Shown here piece after piece: positions 39,403-53,345 of a stretch of DNA of 64,000 nucleotides. The notes under the pieces were generated by a model. It made no database searches. It was not told the DNA's origin and saw nothing but the letters and a program-made list of their open reading frames with translations. A program made the position numbers and the translations under genes. Source of the DNA: Octopus bimaculoides (lineage: Eukaryota); the NCBI RefSeq assembly GCF_001194135.2, contig NC_068981.1:14861136-14925135 (forward strand), written 5' to 3'. Position 1 is the stretch's first letter; each line of letters starts with the position of its first letter.

Positions 39403-39520
39403 TAGTACAGAATAGTTCGGCACCATATCCTGTCGGAGCCCAGTGGAGCTTTAAATGTTTTCGCTCAATAAACATTCGCAACGCCCGGTCTGCGAATCGA
39501 AACCGCGATCCTACGACTGA
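39403..39520 (-). mobile_element. Fragment of a third tRNA-derived SINE family (as 40843-41142)
   Basis: GGAGCTTTAAATGTTTTCGCTCAATAAAC...GCCCGGTCTGCGAATCGAAACCGCGATCCTAC matches 41030-41100. Confidence 0.8.
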
Positions 39521-39694
39521 CCCGACGACTGGATCACATATGTTGGGTTCAGCATATTATCCTCCATTTTCTAATTGTTATATATATATATATATATATA
39601 TATNNNNNNNNNNNNNNNNNNNNNNNNNNNNNNNNNNNNNNNNNNNNNNNNNNNNNNNNNNNNNNNNNNNNNNNNNNNNNNNNNNNNNNNNTCT

Positions 39695-39731
<37 letters not shown>

Positions 39732-39850
39732 TATGTGTGTGTGCGTGTATAGAAAAAAAACTTATTGGAAATAGATGCGTAGCGTTCAATCAAATAATAT
39801 AATTAATATATATGCATATATAGACACACTTGTGTACATGCATAAGTATA

Positions 39851-40534
39851 TATGTATATCGCTATGCATATACCGGTACAGGACGTCACAAAACGTATAC
39901 AAACATGAAATGCGAAAATAAATTTGGCTATGCAAAAAACGAGAGAAACAAACGGAAAACAAAATAAGTAACATAAAAATGACCCTTCATCAGATGTTGG
40001 CTGTCCTTCTACTCCTTAGTTTGAGCATTCAAATAACATGATAAGACGTTGAAGGCAATTGCTACCACGAAGCAAGATAAAAAAAATGGGTTTTAGGGAG
40101 AGTCAAAGTTGGACGAAAAAAACAGGACATACAACAAACCAAACCAAACGAATACAAGCAAGGAGGGCCGTTATGCACAAACGAGTTAAAAATGGCGAAC
40201 GCCTGAAGAAGAATCTTTGATAAGAGAAAAGAGGTGAGGCAAATACAAATGCGTCCAAAGTGCGCAAGAGATTGAGGGAAAAGAAAGATCACGTGAGGAG
40301 AGGAACGATGAACGATGGCCACGTGTGAGCAGCCAGAGAGTAAAGGAAGAAGAAGGAGAGGGAGGGTGGAGTAGATAGAAAACGGCGAAGGGGAGTAAAA
40401 AGGAACGAAAGTGCGAGAGACAGAGAGAGGGGGAGAAAAGATCTGTTTTTGCGTACCCAACGTTATCTTCGTATTTCATGTTTGTTTACGTTTTTGTGAC
40501 GTCCCGTACCGATATATGCATAGCTATATACATA
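39851..40534 (-). mobile_element. Non-coding element with ~71-bp inverted termini, probable truncated Penelope-like insertion
   Basis: 39851-39921 and 40463-40534 are inverted copies. The interior is strongly pyrimidine-rich on the minus strand and contains CTGATGAAGG. Confidence 0.55.
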
Positions 40535-40580
40535 GGTGCGTATGTATGTACATATGTGTGTCTCTATATGCGTATATATT

Positions 40581-40629
40581 ACGTTGATTAGATCAACTGG
40601 AACCTCGTCGTCGTAACCGACGTAGTACC
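40581..40629 (+). mobile_element. 3' tail fragment of the second SINE family
   Basis: GATCAACTGGAACCTCGTCGTCGTAACCGACGTAGT is the reverse complement of CACTCCGTCGGTTACGACG at ~41155. Confidence 0.7.
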
Positions 40630-40653
40630 ACATGATATTTATCTTATTTGTCT

Positions 40654-40721
<68 letters not shown>

Positions 40722-40842
40722 ATATCTTATTCGGTCGGTATTTTTTTAACTTTTATTTTTCAGACGCTATTGTTTTCATTTTAAGTGCAATCGTTAATGC
40801 TTTTACAAGCAACCACGACAAATTACGGAGACATTAACGTGT

Positions 40843-41142
40843 AATTGGCTGAGAAATCCACAGACACGTGTATCATTAACCTAGTTCTCCAAGGGATTTA
40901 GCATGACACAATGTGTGATAAGGCTGGCCCATTGGAATACAGGTACAACAGAAACAGGAAGAATGAGTGAAAGAAAGTTGCGGTGAAAGAGTACGGCAGG
41001 TTTCACCATCACCCCTGCTGGAACCTCGTGGAGTTTTGGGTGTTTTCTGTCAATAAACGCTCACAAAGCCCGGTCTGGGAATAGAAACAGCGATCCTACA
41101 ACTGCGAGCCCGCTTCCCTAAATACTGGGCCATTGCGCCTCC
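40843..41142 (-). mobile_element. tRNA-derived SINE (third family) sharing its 3' part with the second family
   Basis: Minus-strand head GGAGGCGCAATGGCCCAGT...GGATCGCTGTTTCTATTCCCC. The segment 40843-40930 is homologous to 41230-41330. Confidence 0.85.
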
Positions 41143-41151
41143 ACAAAAAGA

Positions 41152-41473
41152 AGCACTCCGTCGGTTACGACGGTGAAGGTCCCAGCTGATACGATCAGCC
41201 GAACAGCTTGCTCGGGAATTTAACGTGGTAGTGGCTGAGCACTTCACAGAGACGTGTACCCTTGACGTAGTTCCTATGGATCTTCAGCGTGACACACAGT
41301 GTGAGAAGGCTGCTCCATTGAAATACAGGTACTATTCGTTTTTGCCAGCTGAGTGGACTAGAGCCACTAAAATAAAGTGTCTTCCTCAAGCACGCAACGC
41401 GTCTCCTGTATTTGAACTCACGACCTTACGCTTGTGAGCCGAATGCCCCAACCACTAAGTCACGTGCCTTCAC
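41152..41473 (-). mobile_element. Near full-length tRNA-derived SINE (second family)
   Basis: Minus-strand head GTGAAGGCACGTGACTTAGTGGTTGGGCATTCGG...GAGTTCAAATAC, core CTTGAGGAAGACAC, tail CGTCGTAACCGACGGAGTG. Confidence 0.88.
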
Positions 41474-41995
41474 TAGATTTTTATAGATAGATAAGTTATA
41501 GACAGGTAGATACAGAGAGATACATAGATATAGAGATGGATAGAGAGATATCGAGAGATATAGAGAGATGGAGAGAGATAGAGACAGAGGGGAATAGAGA
41601 TATATATAGACGTGACTGACGCTAGTAAACCGGAAGTAAATATTTTTTAAACTTTGAAAGACGTGAATTTAATATAAAACGCAATATGTTTTTTATGACC
41701 AATGGATGTAAGGGAGGCAATCAATTACTCAAATTTAGTTCGCAAAGAGTTACCTGCCTTCTCCACGTAACCTAAGGATGGGTATTTTATGCCCCCAGGA
41801 GAGCCCGTTACTCATTGTTTGAAAACTTTTAAGAGTCTAAAACCATCGCTGGAACATAAGTAGTGTATGTTCCCTGTCTGGAGAAAATCAGTTGAAAATA
41901 GGGCTCTTATAATCTTTTACACACATGCAGAGCGGGAGTTATATTATAGATTAGAAACACGTTATAATTAGTTGCAAGCCTAGTTGAGGTAAGTA

Positions 41996-42044
41996 TCTCT
42001 TTCACTTGTTTCAGTCATTTGAATGCGGCCATGCTGGAGCGCAC
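41996..42044 (-). mobile_element. 3' end fragment of the main SINE family
   Basis: TTTCACTTGTTTCAGTCATTTGAATGCGGCCATGCTGGAGC. Confidence 0.8.
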
Positions 42045-43494
42045 AGCATATACCTCGCAAAATTACAATCTATTATTGTATTCTAAACTATATACATATT
42101 TTGTAGAATATGTACATGTGTGTGCGTGTGTACATAAATAAAGATATTATTACTCATAAAATAATAATAATAATATAAGTTGCTAGGACATAAACCATAA
42201 AAGTACATTTATATATTTATAAACATAATTACAATTGTATGTACCAGATAGTATTATTGCCAGCGTTGCTAGAAATAAGAGTCGAAACATACTTAAATAT
42301 AAATTCATAAATTTATAAATTTATAATTTTACCTTTTTGATGTTTATGCTTGCGAGCCACATATATTATTATTATTTGATTAATGATGATATCGTGATTT
42401 ATGAATAATTATACATTATTATCGTTTCAATTTAGCGCTAGTCTTTCAACAATTTGAACAAGTATGACGAAGAGAGTATTAGTTTAACACCAGGCAACGA
42501 AATCCACTGATGAGGATAAAGAGTATTATCTCAGAGTTTAAAATCACGTGTCATGGGTATATCTGCAAATATTTTCCGTCTTTACCTCGCAATTGCAGGT
42601 TGGTTTCTTATTCGCACCTCAAATTCGTCAGCTTGTTGAATTTTCAGAGATATATTTAAATATTATTTCCAACAAAACTGGTACTATCTGGTACAATTTA
42701 TTATATTTCTAATTATAATTATAATTATCATTATATATATACATGCATATATATATNNNNNNNNNNNNNNNNNNNNNNNNNNNNNNNNNNNNNNNNNNNN
42801 NNNNNNNNNNNNNNNNNNNNNNNNNNNNNNNNNNNNNNNNNNNNNNNNNNNNNNNNNNNNNNNNNNNNNNNNNNNNNNNNNNNNNNNNNNNNNNNNNNNN
42901 NNNNNNNNNNNNNNNNNNNNNNNNNNNNNNNNNNNNNNNNNNNNNNNNNNNNNNNNNNNNNNNNNNNNNNNNNNNNNNNNNNNNNNNNNNNNNNNNNNNN
43001 NNNNNNNNNNNNNNNNNNNNNNNNNNNNNNNNNNNNNNNNNNNNNNNNNNNNNNNNNNNNNNNNNNNNNNNNNNNNNNNNNNNNNNNNNNNNNNNNNNNN
43101 NNNNNNNNNNNNNNNNNNNNNNNNNNNNNNNNNNNNNNNNNNNNNNNNNNNNNNNNNNNNNNNNNNNNNNNNNNNNNNNNNNNNNNNNNNNNNNNNNNNN
43201 NNNNNNNNNNNNNNNNNNNNNNNNNNNNNNNNNNNNNNNNNNNNNNNNNNNNNNNNNNNNNNNNNNNNNNNNNNNNNNNNNNNNNNNNNNNNNNNNNNNN
43301 NNNNNNNNNNNNNNNNNNNNNNNNNNNNNNNNNNNNNNNNNNNNNNNNNNNNNNNNNNNNNNNNNNNNNNNNNNNNNNNNNNNNNNNNNNNNNNNNNNNN
43401 NNNNNNNNNNNNNNNNNNNNNNNNNNNNNNNNNNNNNNNNNNNNNNNNNNNNNNNNNNNNNNNNNNNNNNNNNNNNNNNNNNNNNNNNNNNNNN

Positions 43495-43589
<95 letters not shown>

Positions 43590-43606
43590 GGATAGATAGA
43601 TAGATA

Positions 43607-43712
43607 GATGCTAACGAATATATATATATATTCGTTAGCATCAGATGCTAACGGATATATATATATTCGTTAGCATCAAATGCTAACGAATGTATATATA
43701 TTCGTTAGCATC
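43607..43712. repeat. Tandem array of three ~35-bp palindromes, GATGCTAACGAA-(TA)n-TTCGTTAGCATC
   Basis: Unit 1 (43607-43642) is a perfect palindrome. Units 2 (43644-43677) and 3 (43679-43712) carry one or two substitutions. The array directly follows (GA)n(GATA)n. Confidence 0.95.
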
Positions 43713-44033
43713 TATGCATGTATGTGCCTATATTCATACATTGATGCACCACGATATTATGCACGTCATCCGACACATAAAGGACAGTCGCCAGATTTTA
43801 TCGAAACAATTGTCGTATGGAATAAAGACTAATACCAAATCCATCTTCTAATTCATTTAGGGATTATTATCTCAACTGACACTGCGGAATTTATGAAGTA
43901 GGTCCAACGGAGATATACTCAAACTGCAGGTGACACCAGGTAGCCCAAACCATGTTGTTGCTTTACTCAACACATTTCCCCATTGTTTGACAAATACCCA
44001 TTTGTCCAAAAAATTACATATAATATATATAGG

Positions 44034-44066
<33 letters not shown>

Positions 44067-44584
44067 GGAGAGAGAAGAGAGAGAATGTCACTTACGTATA
44101 TACACATACATATGTACTCATATACATAAACAAACACATAAACACGCGCGCGCAGACATATGCATTCAAGTTCATCTAAATAGACTTTGTATTGATCAAA
44201 ATCTTGGTCATACTTCTCCATAAACTTCCGCTGCACCCCACATCTCTTCTGGTTCTCTTCATTTTGTGTCTCTCCTCCCCCCACTTTCTCTCTCTCTCGC
44301 TCTCTCAAACACTCCCATTCACTGTCACTTTCTCTCAAGAAACACTGCATACGTATACACGTCTACTAAAAATTCATGTCGAGATGTATGTGTGTGAATA
44401 TTATTTCTTAAATTTGTCTTAGTTTAAATATTTCCTATTGATTTTTCGGAATGTAATAATTAGTGCGTATAAATATATTTAACTTTTGGTTAGTTTGTTC
44501 CTTGTAGCCTCTTTATAGCTCCAAGTCCTAATTTCGGCATGCATTTTCAAACGCCGTTTCCATCTAACTTTTTCATATATATAC

Positions 44585-44615
<31 letters not shown>

Positions 44616-45535
44616 NNNNNNNNNNNNNNNNNNNNNNNNNNNNNNNNNNNNNNNNNNNNNNNNNNNNNNNNNNNNNNNNNNNNNNNNNNNNNNNNNNNNN
44701 NNNNNNNNNNNNNNNNNNNNNNNNNNNNNNNNNNNNNNNNNNNNNNNNNNNNTAAATTTTTTCCCCCTTCGCTATGTGAAATAACATTACATTTGAAGCT
44801 GGATATGGTAATTTTTTTTTAAATCTCTGTACATATTACAATTTTTTCCTTCGTTGTATACAAATTAAAATATTTTTGGCTCTAAGGCCCTGACGATGTA
44901 GAAATTAAGTTACTGTGCTTAAATATATTTTTCTCCTTGACTTTGGCAATTCTTCTGAGAATGTAATACGTATTTAAATATACATACACACACATATGTC
45001 TGTAAATGCGTGTGTCTTTGTCAAAGCATATACATATGTAAGTATGTATGTATAAGTATACATGTACATATATATATATATTCTTTTATAAATGTGTGTA
45101 TATCTATGTGTGTGTATATATGTAAGTATGTACGTATGTATATATATATATACAAATTCATATTTATATCCATTTGGATGTATGTATTATGTATGTATGT
45201 ATGCACGCGGACATATATACATCTATGTTCACCAAAAATAAACGTTTAACTACCTTATTTTTGAGGAAAAAGAAAAATTTCTCCGATGTTTTTTTTATTT
45301 TTCTAGGTTACTTCCTGAACAATGTCAAACATATTGCACTTTACATTTATATGACTTGTTCTGACTTACCGATGTAGGCTCCGCATTTTAACCATTATTG
45401 ATATGCCAATCGCTCTTCAATTTTATTCGTATTCGTTAGCATACCAAGTGTTTTAGATATGTGTTCATTTTCAATGTCAATACATGCTTAGGTACATATA
45501 CACTCACATAGGTTATGGCCGTTCAAATATTACTA

Positions 45536-45806
45536 TTTTACTCTTTTACTTGTTTCCGTCATTTGACTGCGGCCATGCTGGAGCACCGCCTTTAGATGAG
45601 CAAATCGACCCCAGGATTTATTCTTTGTAATCCTAGTACTTATTCTATCGGTGTGTTTTGCCGAACAGCTAAATTACGGGAACGTAAACACACCAGCATC
45701 GGTTTTCAAGCGATGGTGGGGGGACAAACACAGACATCCATACCTACACACACGCGCGCGCGCGCGCACACATACACACACACACATACACACACACACA
45801 CACACG

Positions 45807-45841
<35 letters not shown>

Positions 45842-46218
45842 NNNNNNNNNNNNNNNNNNNNNNNNNNNNNNNNNNNNNNNNNNNNNNNNNNNNNNNNNNN
45901 NNNNNNNNNNNNNNNNNNNNNNNNNNNNNNNNNNNNNNNNNNNNNNNNNNNNNNNNNNNNNNNNNNNNNNNNNNNNNNNNNNNNNNNNNNNNNNNNNNNN
46001 NNNNNNNNNNNNNNNNNNNNNNNNNNNATGTATATATATATAGATACATATCTACGACAGGCTTCTGTCACCTTCTGTCTACCAAATCCACTTACAAGGC
46101 GTTGGTCGACCCGAGGCTATAGTACAAGACACTTGCCCAAGGTGTCACGCAGTGGGAATGAACCCGGAACCATGTGGTTGGTAAGCTAGCGACTAACCAC
46201 ACAGCTACTCCTCTGCCT
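45536..46218 (-). mobile_element. Full-length copy of the main SINE family (assembly gap inside its microsatellite)
   Basis: tRNA-like head, CORE-like ACCTTGGGCAAGTGTCTT box on the minus strand, and (GTAAAAGA)n-like tail. Confidence 0.92.
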
Positions 46219-47092
46219 TCTTCTGAGAGAATTGGCAGTCGGAAACTGAAAGTAAGTTGACGTAAAACTAAGCACGCACACAATCATACAACACACGTGC
46301 ACATACATACTCACGTACATACACATACATATTTCTCTTCATTGATTCAATCATTGCATCGTGGTTAAGCAGAGCTTTGAACAACGGCTTTAATAAAATT
46401 GCTCATAGCACTTTATTTTCTAAAGCCTGCTGCTTCTCATCTGTGTTTGTTTTGCCGAACTGGTAAGTTACTTTAAGATATACGTTCGTATGACCGTAAT
46501 TCATGGCATAATGTTTGCCCAACAACTAATACTGGATAAAATTGTCAAACTCAAGAAACAGAATTCTTGTGATATCTGTTTTGTTCATGGATGAATGTTC
46601 TTTGTTAGGCGATCAACATGCAGAGCGAGTGATGTCTGTTTCTATTCTCATAATGAAACTCATCATATGAGTATGAGCATGGTTTCTGGAGTATGAGACA
46701 ACAAAAATTATTACGAACTTCATTTAAATGTTCCGGTCTTCATATAAAGAATTTTAGTGAAGTATGTGCTTAAAAGCGAATTTAACATTCTGTATTGCAT
46801 ATGACTATGTATATATTAAAACACTTACACGAATCGCGGTTATTATTATAGTGCATTGGAATTCCGAATTTTACGTTCGAATTATTCTGATAAATATTAT
46901 AAGGAAATGCATAATTATAATACACGTGTACGCAACAAATAAGCACTTATTTTTTCTCGGATATAAGTTTACGTGGAAGTGTAAGTACACAGTGCCTCGA
47001 ATATTGCCATAAGATACATGGTATATTTTATAAATATGCCTCCTCATGTATCATAATAGCATGAAACAATTAGTAGCTCTTTCGTTTGTGAA

Positions 47093-47127
<35 letters not shown>

Positions 47128-47146
47128 NNNNNNNNNNNNNNNNNNN

Positions 47147-47209
<63 letters not shown>

Positions 47210-47509
47210 GTGGGTGTGTGTATGTGTGTGTGTGTGTGTGTGCATACATACACGGATGCATACATCTACTGAAGTGTGCGTGCGTGAATAGTAACAATAT
47301 TTAATTTGTGGCAAGGGTTTAACTAATTTTCAAAATGTATATCAACCAATATTTTAGAAAGGTGAACTAATTTTCGACATAATAATTATTTCTTTATTTT
47401 TATTTTTTTAAAGTTTTACTCTGGTGTTTTATTTAAAAGAATGCAATTTGAAACAAAAAAGAAATACTACGTTATATGGCATACATATTCGAATAATTTA
47501 ATGTGTTTT

Positions 47510-47558
47510 CAATGATGTTATCAATGATGTTATCAATGATGTTATCAATGATGTTATC
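47510..47558. repeat. 12-bp tandem repeat (CAATGATGTTAT)x4
   Basis: Direct reading. Confidence 0.95.
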
Positions 47559-50500
47559 ATAGATATATTTGAATGATTGTATCTGCTGGTACTTCGCATT
47601 AGTATTTGTGTTTCTGTTGAAACGTATCTATGCGTCTTTCACGTTTTAAACTTTCAGCAATAAGTATCTCAATTATCATGTTTTAATAACTTCAGAATAT
47701 CCAATTATTTCATTTGACAAGTATAGTACTATCGATTGTATTGAAATTCTAGTTATGCTGAGTGCAAAAATACACATACAGAGAAATATTCAATGTTTCA
47801 CACGACGATCTAATGTCTAAACGTTGCTAAATACTAATCTTCTATGTTAAAGAGCATAACACATATCTGCATATTAAAGAAATTTAAAACGTAAATTCTA
47901 GGGTTCTTCTTCCCTTCACACTCTTACTAATAACTTTTCTATAACAACCTTGAGTAGATCAGGCTGTTTTGGATGAAGTTCTGTAAGGAAATCTGTCGTT
48001 GAAGTCTACATAACCCTTGCCATTTGATGGTTTGCGTGGAGCCCATCCTGTTATAAGTACTTGAGCAAGTCTTCGATTTGATTATTCGTCCTTCACTTCT
48101 TTCTGCTTTATCAGAATCCACTAATTATCATGCAGTTACTGATATTCTATTTCTAACAATCTTTAAGAGAATAATTAATAAAAGATAAGTAAATATTCTT
48201 AACGGAAGGCAAACAAAGTAGGTATAATATATGATTTTTAATGATTAATACTTAAAGCTATTCAGTTGATTCATTGAACAAAAATCCCTACCATCTGATT
48301 TGCAGTAGCTCTCGATGTTCAGTATTCAAAACAAACATTCCACTGCTACAAATATCATAAAAACTTTTCTGGTTACTCATTGATGCAAACTTTTATTTCT
48401 CGAATGTTTTGTCTTGAATTCATTTCGGTATTAGAATGTCGACAGATATTCCATATAATGTTTAACATGGACCTGGGCAAACAATGTTAAACCCTGTTTA
48501 GGCCGGCACATCAGTATCGATACATAAGTAACCTTCCCTTCTTAGTAATCTGGCAGTTTCTTATGACAGATTAAGGTATCAGTCAGTGCACTGATTTTTT
48601 TTATTTTAAATCACGTACGCTGTTACTTGAGAAGGTGGCCCTTGGGAAGGTGCAACATGGCAGCAGGCTAACAAAGTTATTAAATAGGTTCCCGAAATGA
48701 TTTCGATTAATATTACCACTAACAGTCCACCTCCTAGGAGGAACTGAAACATCTGTTTCAATTCCTATACGAATTCTCTCTCAATTATCTCTCTCACTCT
48801 TTCTCATTGTTTTCTGTTCACTTTCTCTCTCAATCTCTTCGCCTCACTTTCTCTTTCATGCACACATTCTTATCTCTCCTCATAACATACCTTGCTTCTC
48901 ATATTCTAATTCAGATACACATAACCTATTCATTCGCTCCACAATGCACACATCTTTTCTTTCTGCGTCTATAACAGTTGATTTTCTAAACCTAATAAGG
49001 ATCACTCGACAACGAATGATGGGCATGGCAGTGTTACACAAATAGTTGCGGGAAATGTTCTCTCCATAGGGAAACCAAAACACAGCATAACGAGTTTACA
49101 CATTTGTATATTCAGCAGATGATCGGAGATCACGTGAAATCTAAGGCACTTGAATAAACTCACTTTTAGTAGCTAGTTTCCATTTGCAAAACATGATGTG
49201 CAATAATTACATATTTATTGCACACATTCTCGTTCGTCGGGCAGTTGTGAATAAAGCATACTACACTACCTGCGGTACTCGAGTACTGTTTTTTGCGACC
49301 TTGTTTCACATGTATGTGCTTGCTCCAGTACATACATATATACATACACACACACACACACACACACGCACACACATACACACACACATGCATGCATGCA
49401 TGTGTGTATGAAAGGCCATAGATATTACCTCCCGTGATATTGGCGTCACTTTTGTTACGTCGGTGTACTGATTTTTCTTCTCCAAAATGGGTTACATTAT
49501 AATACAGATTCGTTCTATTTTTCGCTTTAAGTCGTGAAATGAAATTCCGTTGAAATACATAACATTTTATTAATAAATCACTTTTGTTACTATAACCATT
49601 GTTTGAAATGCGTTTCGGATGCCATGATTGTAAAGTTGAATATGTAACGGAATCAATTTAATCGTTTTCGAAAAAAATATGTGTGATTGAAACTTGTTTG
49701 TTGTAAATTGATATCATATTATTTCTTAACATCAATCTGGATTGGTATCCCGAGTTGAATCTCTCGGAAAATCAATACATATTGTTTACACTGCATCAAT
49801 AAAAAAATTATTCATATCTCCAGGCACGATGACATTTCGGAAGTGGTTATTGCTTTACTCTCCTACCATCAAATCAGTTCAGCGCAGTTATCTTCTCGCA
49901 AATAATATTCTAAATAAAATAATGTTTTTCGAGTCAATTGGGGTTTGCACTCCTGTAAAAGCTCTTATTGGATAATAACTTCTTTGTGGTTCCATATAAC
50001 ATAGTTCCCTTCGGTTTTGTTATATTCTCAAAAAAAAAAAAATTAAATAAAATAAAATATGTGAAATACATTTCCAGAGTAAATGTATTTCTCATGGAAA
50101 CATTATCAATTATTGAACACGAATTCTATGTCTACACTTCTGTTTCAATGTGTTTCTGTACATAAATATATTTGTCTCTATTCATGTTTTGTTTTGATTA
50201 TTATGTAAAGTTGTTTATCACATATTTCTCGTAGCAATCCCAGCAGTATATTCCATATTCAGCATTATTTATGAGCTCATGAATATATCTAAGCAGATAC
50301 ATACGTGTGTATCTAGGATAAATTTAGTGTTAATATATTGAGTGTTAATTAATCAAAATATATTATCCTTATTAACAGGAATTTGCTTTCACAGTAACGT
50401 GCAAATTTTGCGTTGAATATGAACCCTTCTAAATGGAATACTATTGATTTAATGACTGTTTTTGTTAAATATTTCTTTGTATATCATATATCGAAATAAC

Positions 50501-51207
50501 ACCTTAGTATAAAGTTCAACGTTTCCCGAATCAATATAAACACGGCTATGTGCATTGCACTGGATAATGAACTAAACCACAGATATCATTCTGGTGTAAA
50601 CAAATTATATTTAAACCGTAAGCTACTCTCGAATTTCTCTATTTACTAATGAAAATATATAGAAGATAATTTTAGGAATATATATATATATATACATGTA
50701 TATATATATATACAGTATTACTTAATTTTATATTTGTGAAATGCCTGGAATTACATTCTTGCTTAGCTGCAAAACTAATCTAATACATACATTCCTTCTA
50801 AATGTCTGGATTTCCCATATGTATAATACATTTTTTGTTGTGTATTTTGCTATTATCTGGTGACATGTTTTGAGTGGGGGCTGGTATGTCTGTTAATTTC
50901 TATGAAAGCAAAACTGTACTGTATAAATCAGACTATGATAAAGCATTTAAAAAAGTTTGAATAAATTCATCAGTTTATCGTAAGACCAAACCCAATTTCT
51001 AATTACCAAGTTCTACAATAACCTTTTGTTGCACAGATTACGTAATAAAGTAAGTCCGTTGCATTCTTTATCCTAAATGGATATTCCAACTTAATCATTT
51101 TTTTCGGGTCATAATAAGGTTTCTTTTTCTCATCGTGTGAGGGTATATAATGCATTATAACATACAATCCACACATGAATCTGTTTATCCCTTCCTCTCT
51201 CTTTCTT

Positions 51208-51252
<45 letters not shown>

Positions 51253-53291
51253 NNNNNNNNNNNNNNNNNNNNNNNNNNNNNNNNNNNNNNNNNNNNNNNN
51301 NNNNNNNNNNNNNNNNNNNNNNNNNNNNNNNNNNNNNNNNNNNNNNNNNNNNNNNNNNNNNNNNNNNNNNNNNNNNNNNNNNNNNNNNNNNNNNNNNNNN
51401 NNNNNNNNNNNNNATATATAGTGGGGTGTATACGTATCTGTTTATACGTATGTATGTGTATGAGTATGTGTGTGTATTTATACGTTTATAGGTACATGTA
51501 CAACCTGTAAGCTATATACGCACACATGCTCATTAAAATTATAAAAAAGAATTAATTTTTATCCGCGATAATATAGCTCCGTTGTACCATGTCTGAAGAC
51601 GAATAAAGGATGTTCACAACATCAACGTCTTAATCAATATTAACTTTGTAATATTAATAAACGAGTGCTGTAGAATATTTTATACACTCACACATTGTTA
51701 CTCATGAATAAATTGATTTATGTATTTTATGCGCATTACTCTATAAGTTATTTCCCTACGAGCTATGATAGAGAATTATGTCATACAAATAACAACATAC
51801 GAAATGGCAAGAAAGGAAACTGAATTTTGCAATTTCAAATAGAAATATAATTTTGAAAAAACACACTATAAATATTGTGATGGGTTAAATATAATTGTAA
51901 TTAAAAAAGTAATCACATTGAAGCACATCAGTTTAACATCATTAGTGTCATTAAACAATTATATCACCAAAGTCTCATCGAAGATTAATATATGCTTGTG
52001 TGTATCTAAATATGAGTGTGCTTGGGTGGGTGTTTATATATGTATGAGTGTTTGCGAGAGAGAATGTTAAAGATGAACGGGTGAAAATAGATTAGTCTTT
52101 TAATGCGAGCAGAGAGTTATAATATATTTGATAGAAAGTACGCAAATCTGTAAACCGAGATTCGTGTGTAAGATATAATGATGAAATAGAAGAATGGTAA
52201 TTGAATGACTTGCACTTTAGATATTCAATACAAGAAAAGTTTAAGCTTGTTTTTTTTATTTCTCACATGCACAGTGCATCACTTCAATGAAAAATAATTC
52301 TCCAGCAACAATGATACGATATCGTTATAAACAATTCGTAATTAAACGATATTTACATTTAGAAACTATTGTTTTATCGTGCTATGGTTTCCAAAAAAAA
52401 AACAACAAACACCGTTGTATTCAAATCTCAAACTGAATTCACTGACAAGAGAAATTAATTATCTGATATGTTTACGATATTAGATTAAAATTAAAATATT
52501 TCTTCGTTGATATCCCGTTTGACAATTGTCTTTCTGGTTAGAAAGTTGAAGTAATGGAAATGAAATTAAACACCATTTATGAAGATAAAATTTACAGCTA
52601 GTATCAAGCAAATGGAGCTTTAAATAATGGAAGTATAGAGGTATAGAGAAGTATTTTATGTGCAATGCAATATTGCATATTTTCCAAAAAGATGCGTATG
52701 CATATACTCATTCCAGATAAGAACACTGACTGTTCATCAGATTCTTGAAATCTTCAGGCAAACAGTATACCTCTACAATAAACAGTAATTCCTATTATAA
52801 ATGCATGCATATTGCTTTGATAATTACGAATCGAATTAGACTTCTGTTAATAAGAATGTTTGAAATAGACATATGAAATAAATGTGAGACGGTTCTATTG
52901 AAAACGTTTGGTAATTAGGCAGTATTTTGCCGTTTATTACGTCGGAATTTACACGTTTCCAATATAGTTCTACAGCTACAAGAACGGGCACGCAGAATAT
53001 ATTGCCTTAGTACACAGAGAAAGCAGCGAGGTTGAAAAAAATGTTAATCATAAGAAAATATGCGCAAATAGGCATCGTAAATAAATCGCATACATCATAA
53101 TTAAACAATAGAATAGAAATGCTTCTCGTGAATTGCCTGGATATTTTCTTGAATGAAGATGACAGAATACTATTTCAATCAAAGCGAAAAGCGCCTTACT
53201 TCTCGGCCAGAAAAATATTGAAATGAAGAAAATTATACATGTGAACATTGAGTATACACACACGCACGGAAACACACACGCACACACATAC

Positions 53292-53345
<54 letters not shown>

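Noticed and set aside
42507-42534. CTGATGA followed by a hairpin
   Set aside because: No GAAA after the stem; it is a simple hairpin.
47939-48121. Protein-like minus-strand text (LITGWAPRKPSNGKGYVDFNDRFPY)
   Set aside because: Short, flanked by stops, no family recognised.
48880-49083. 67-aa minus ORF ending near a good donor site (AAG/GTATGT)
   Set aside because: No matching acceptor and no recognisable domain; a single donor is expected by chance.
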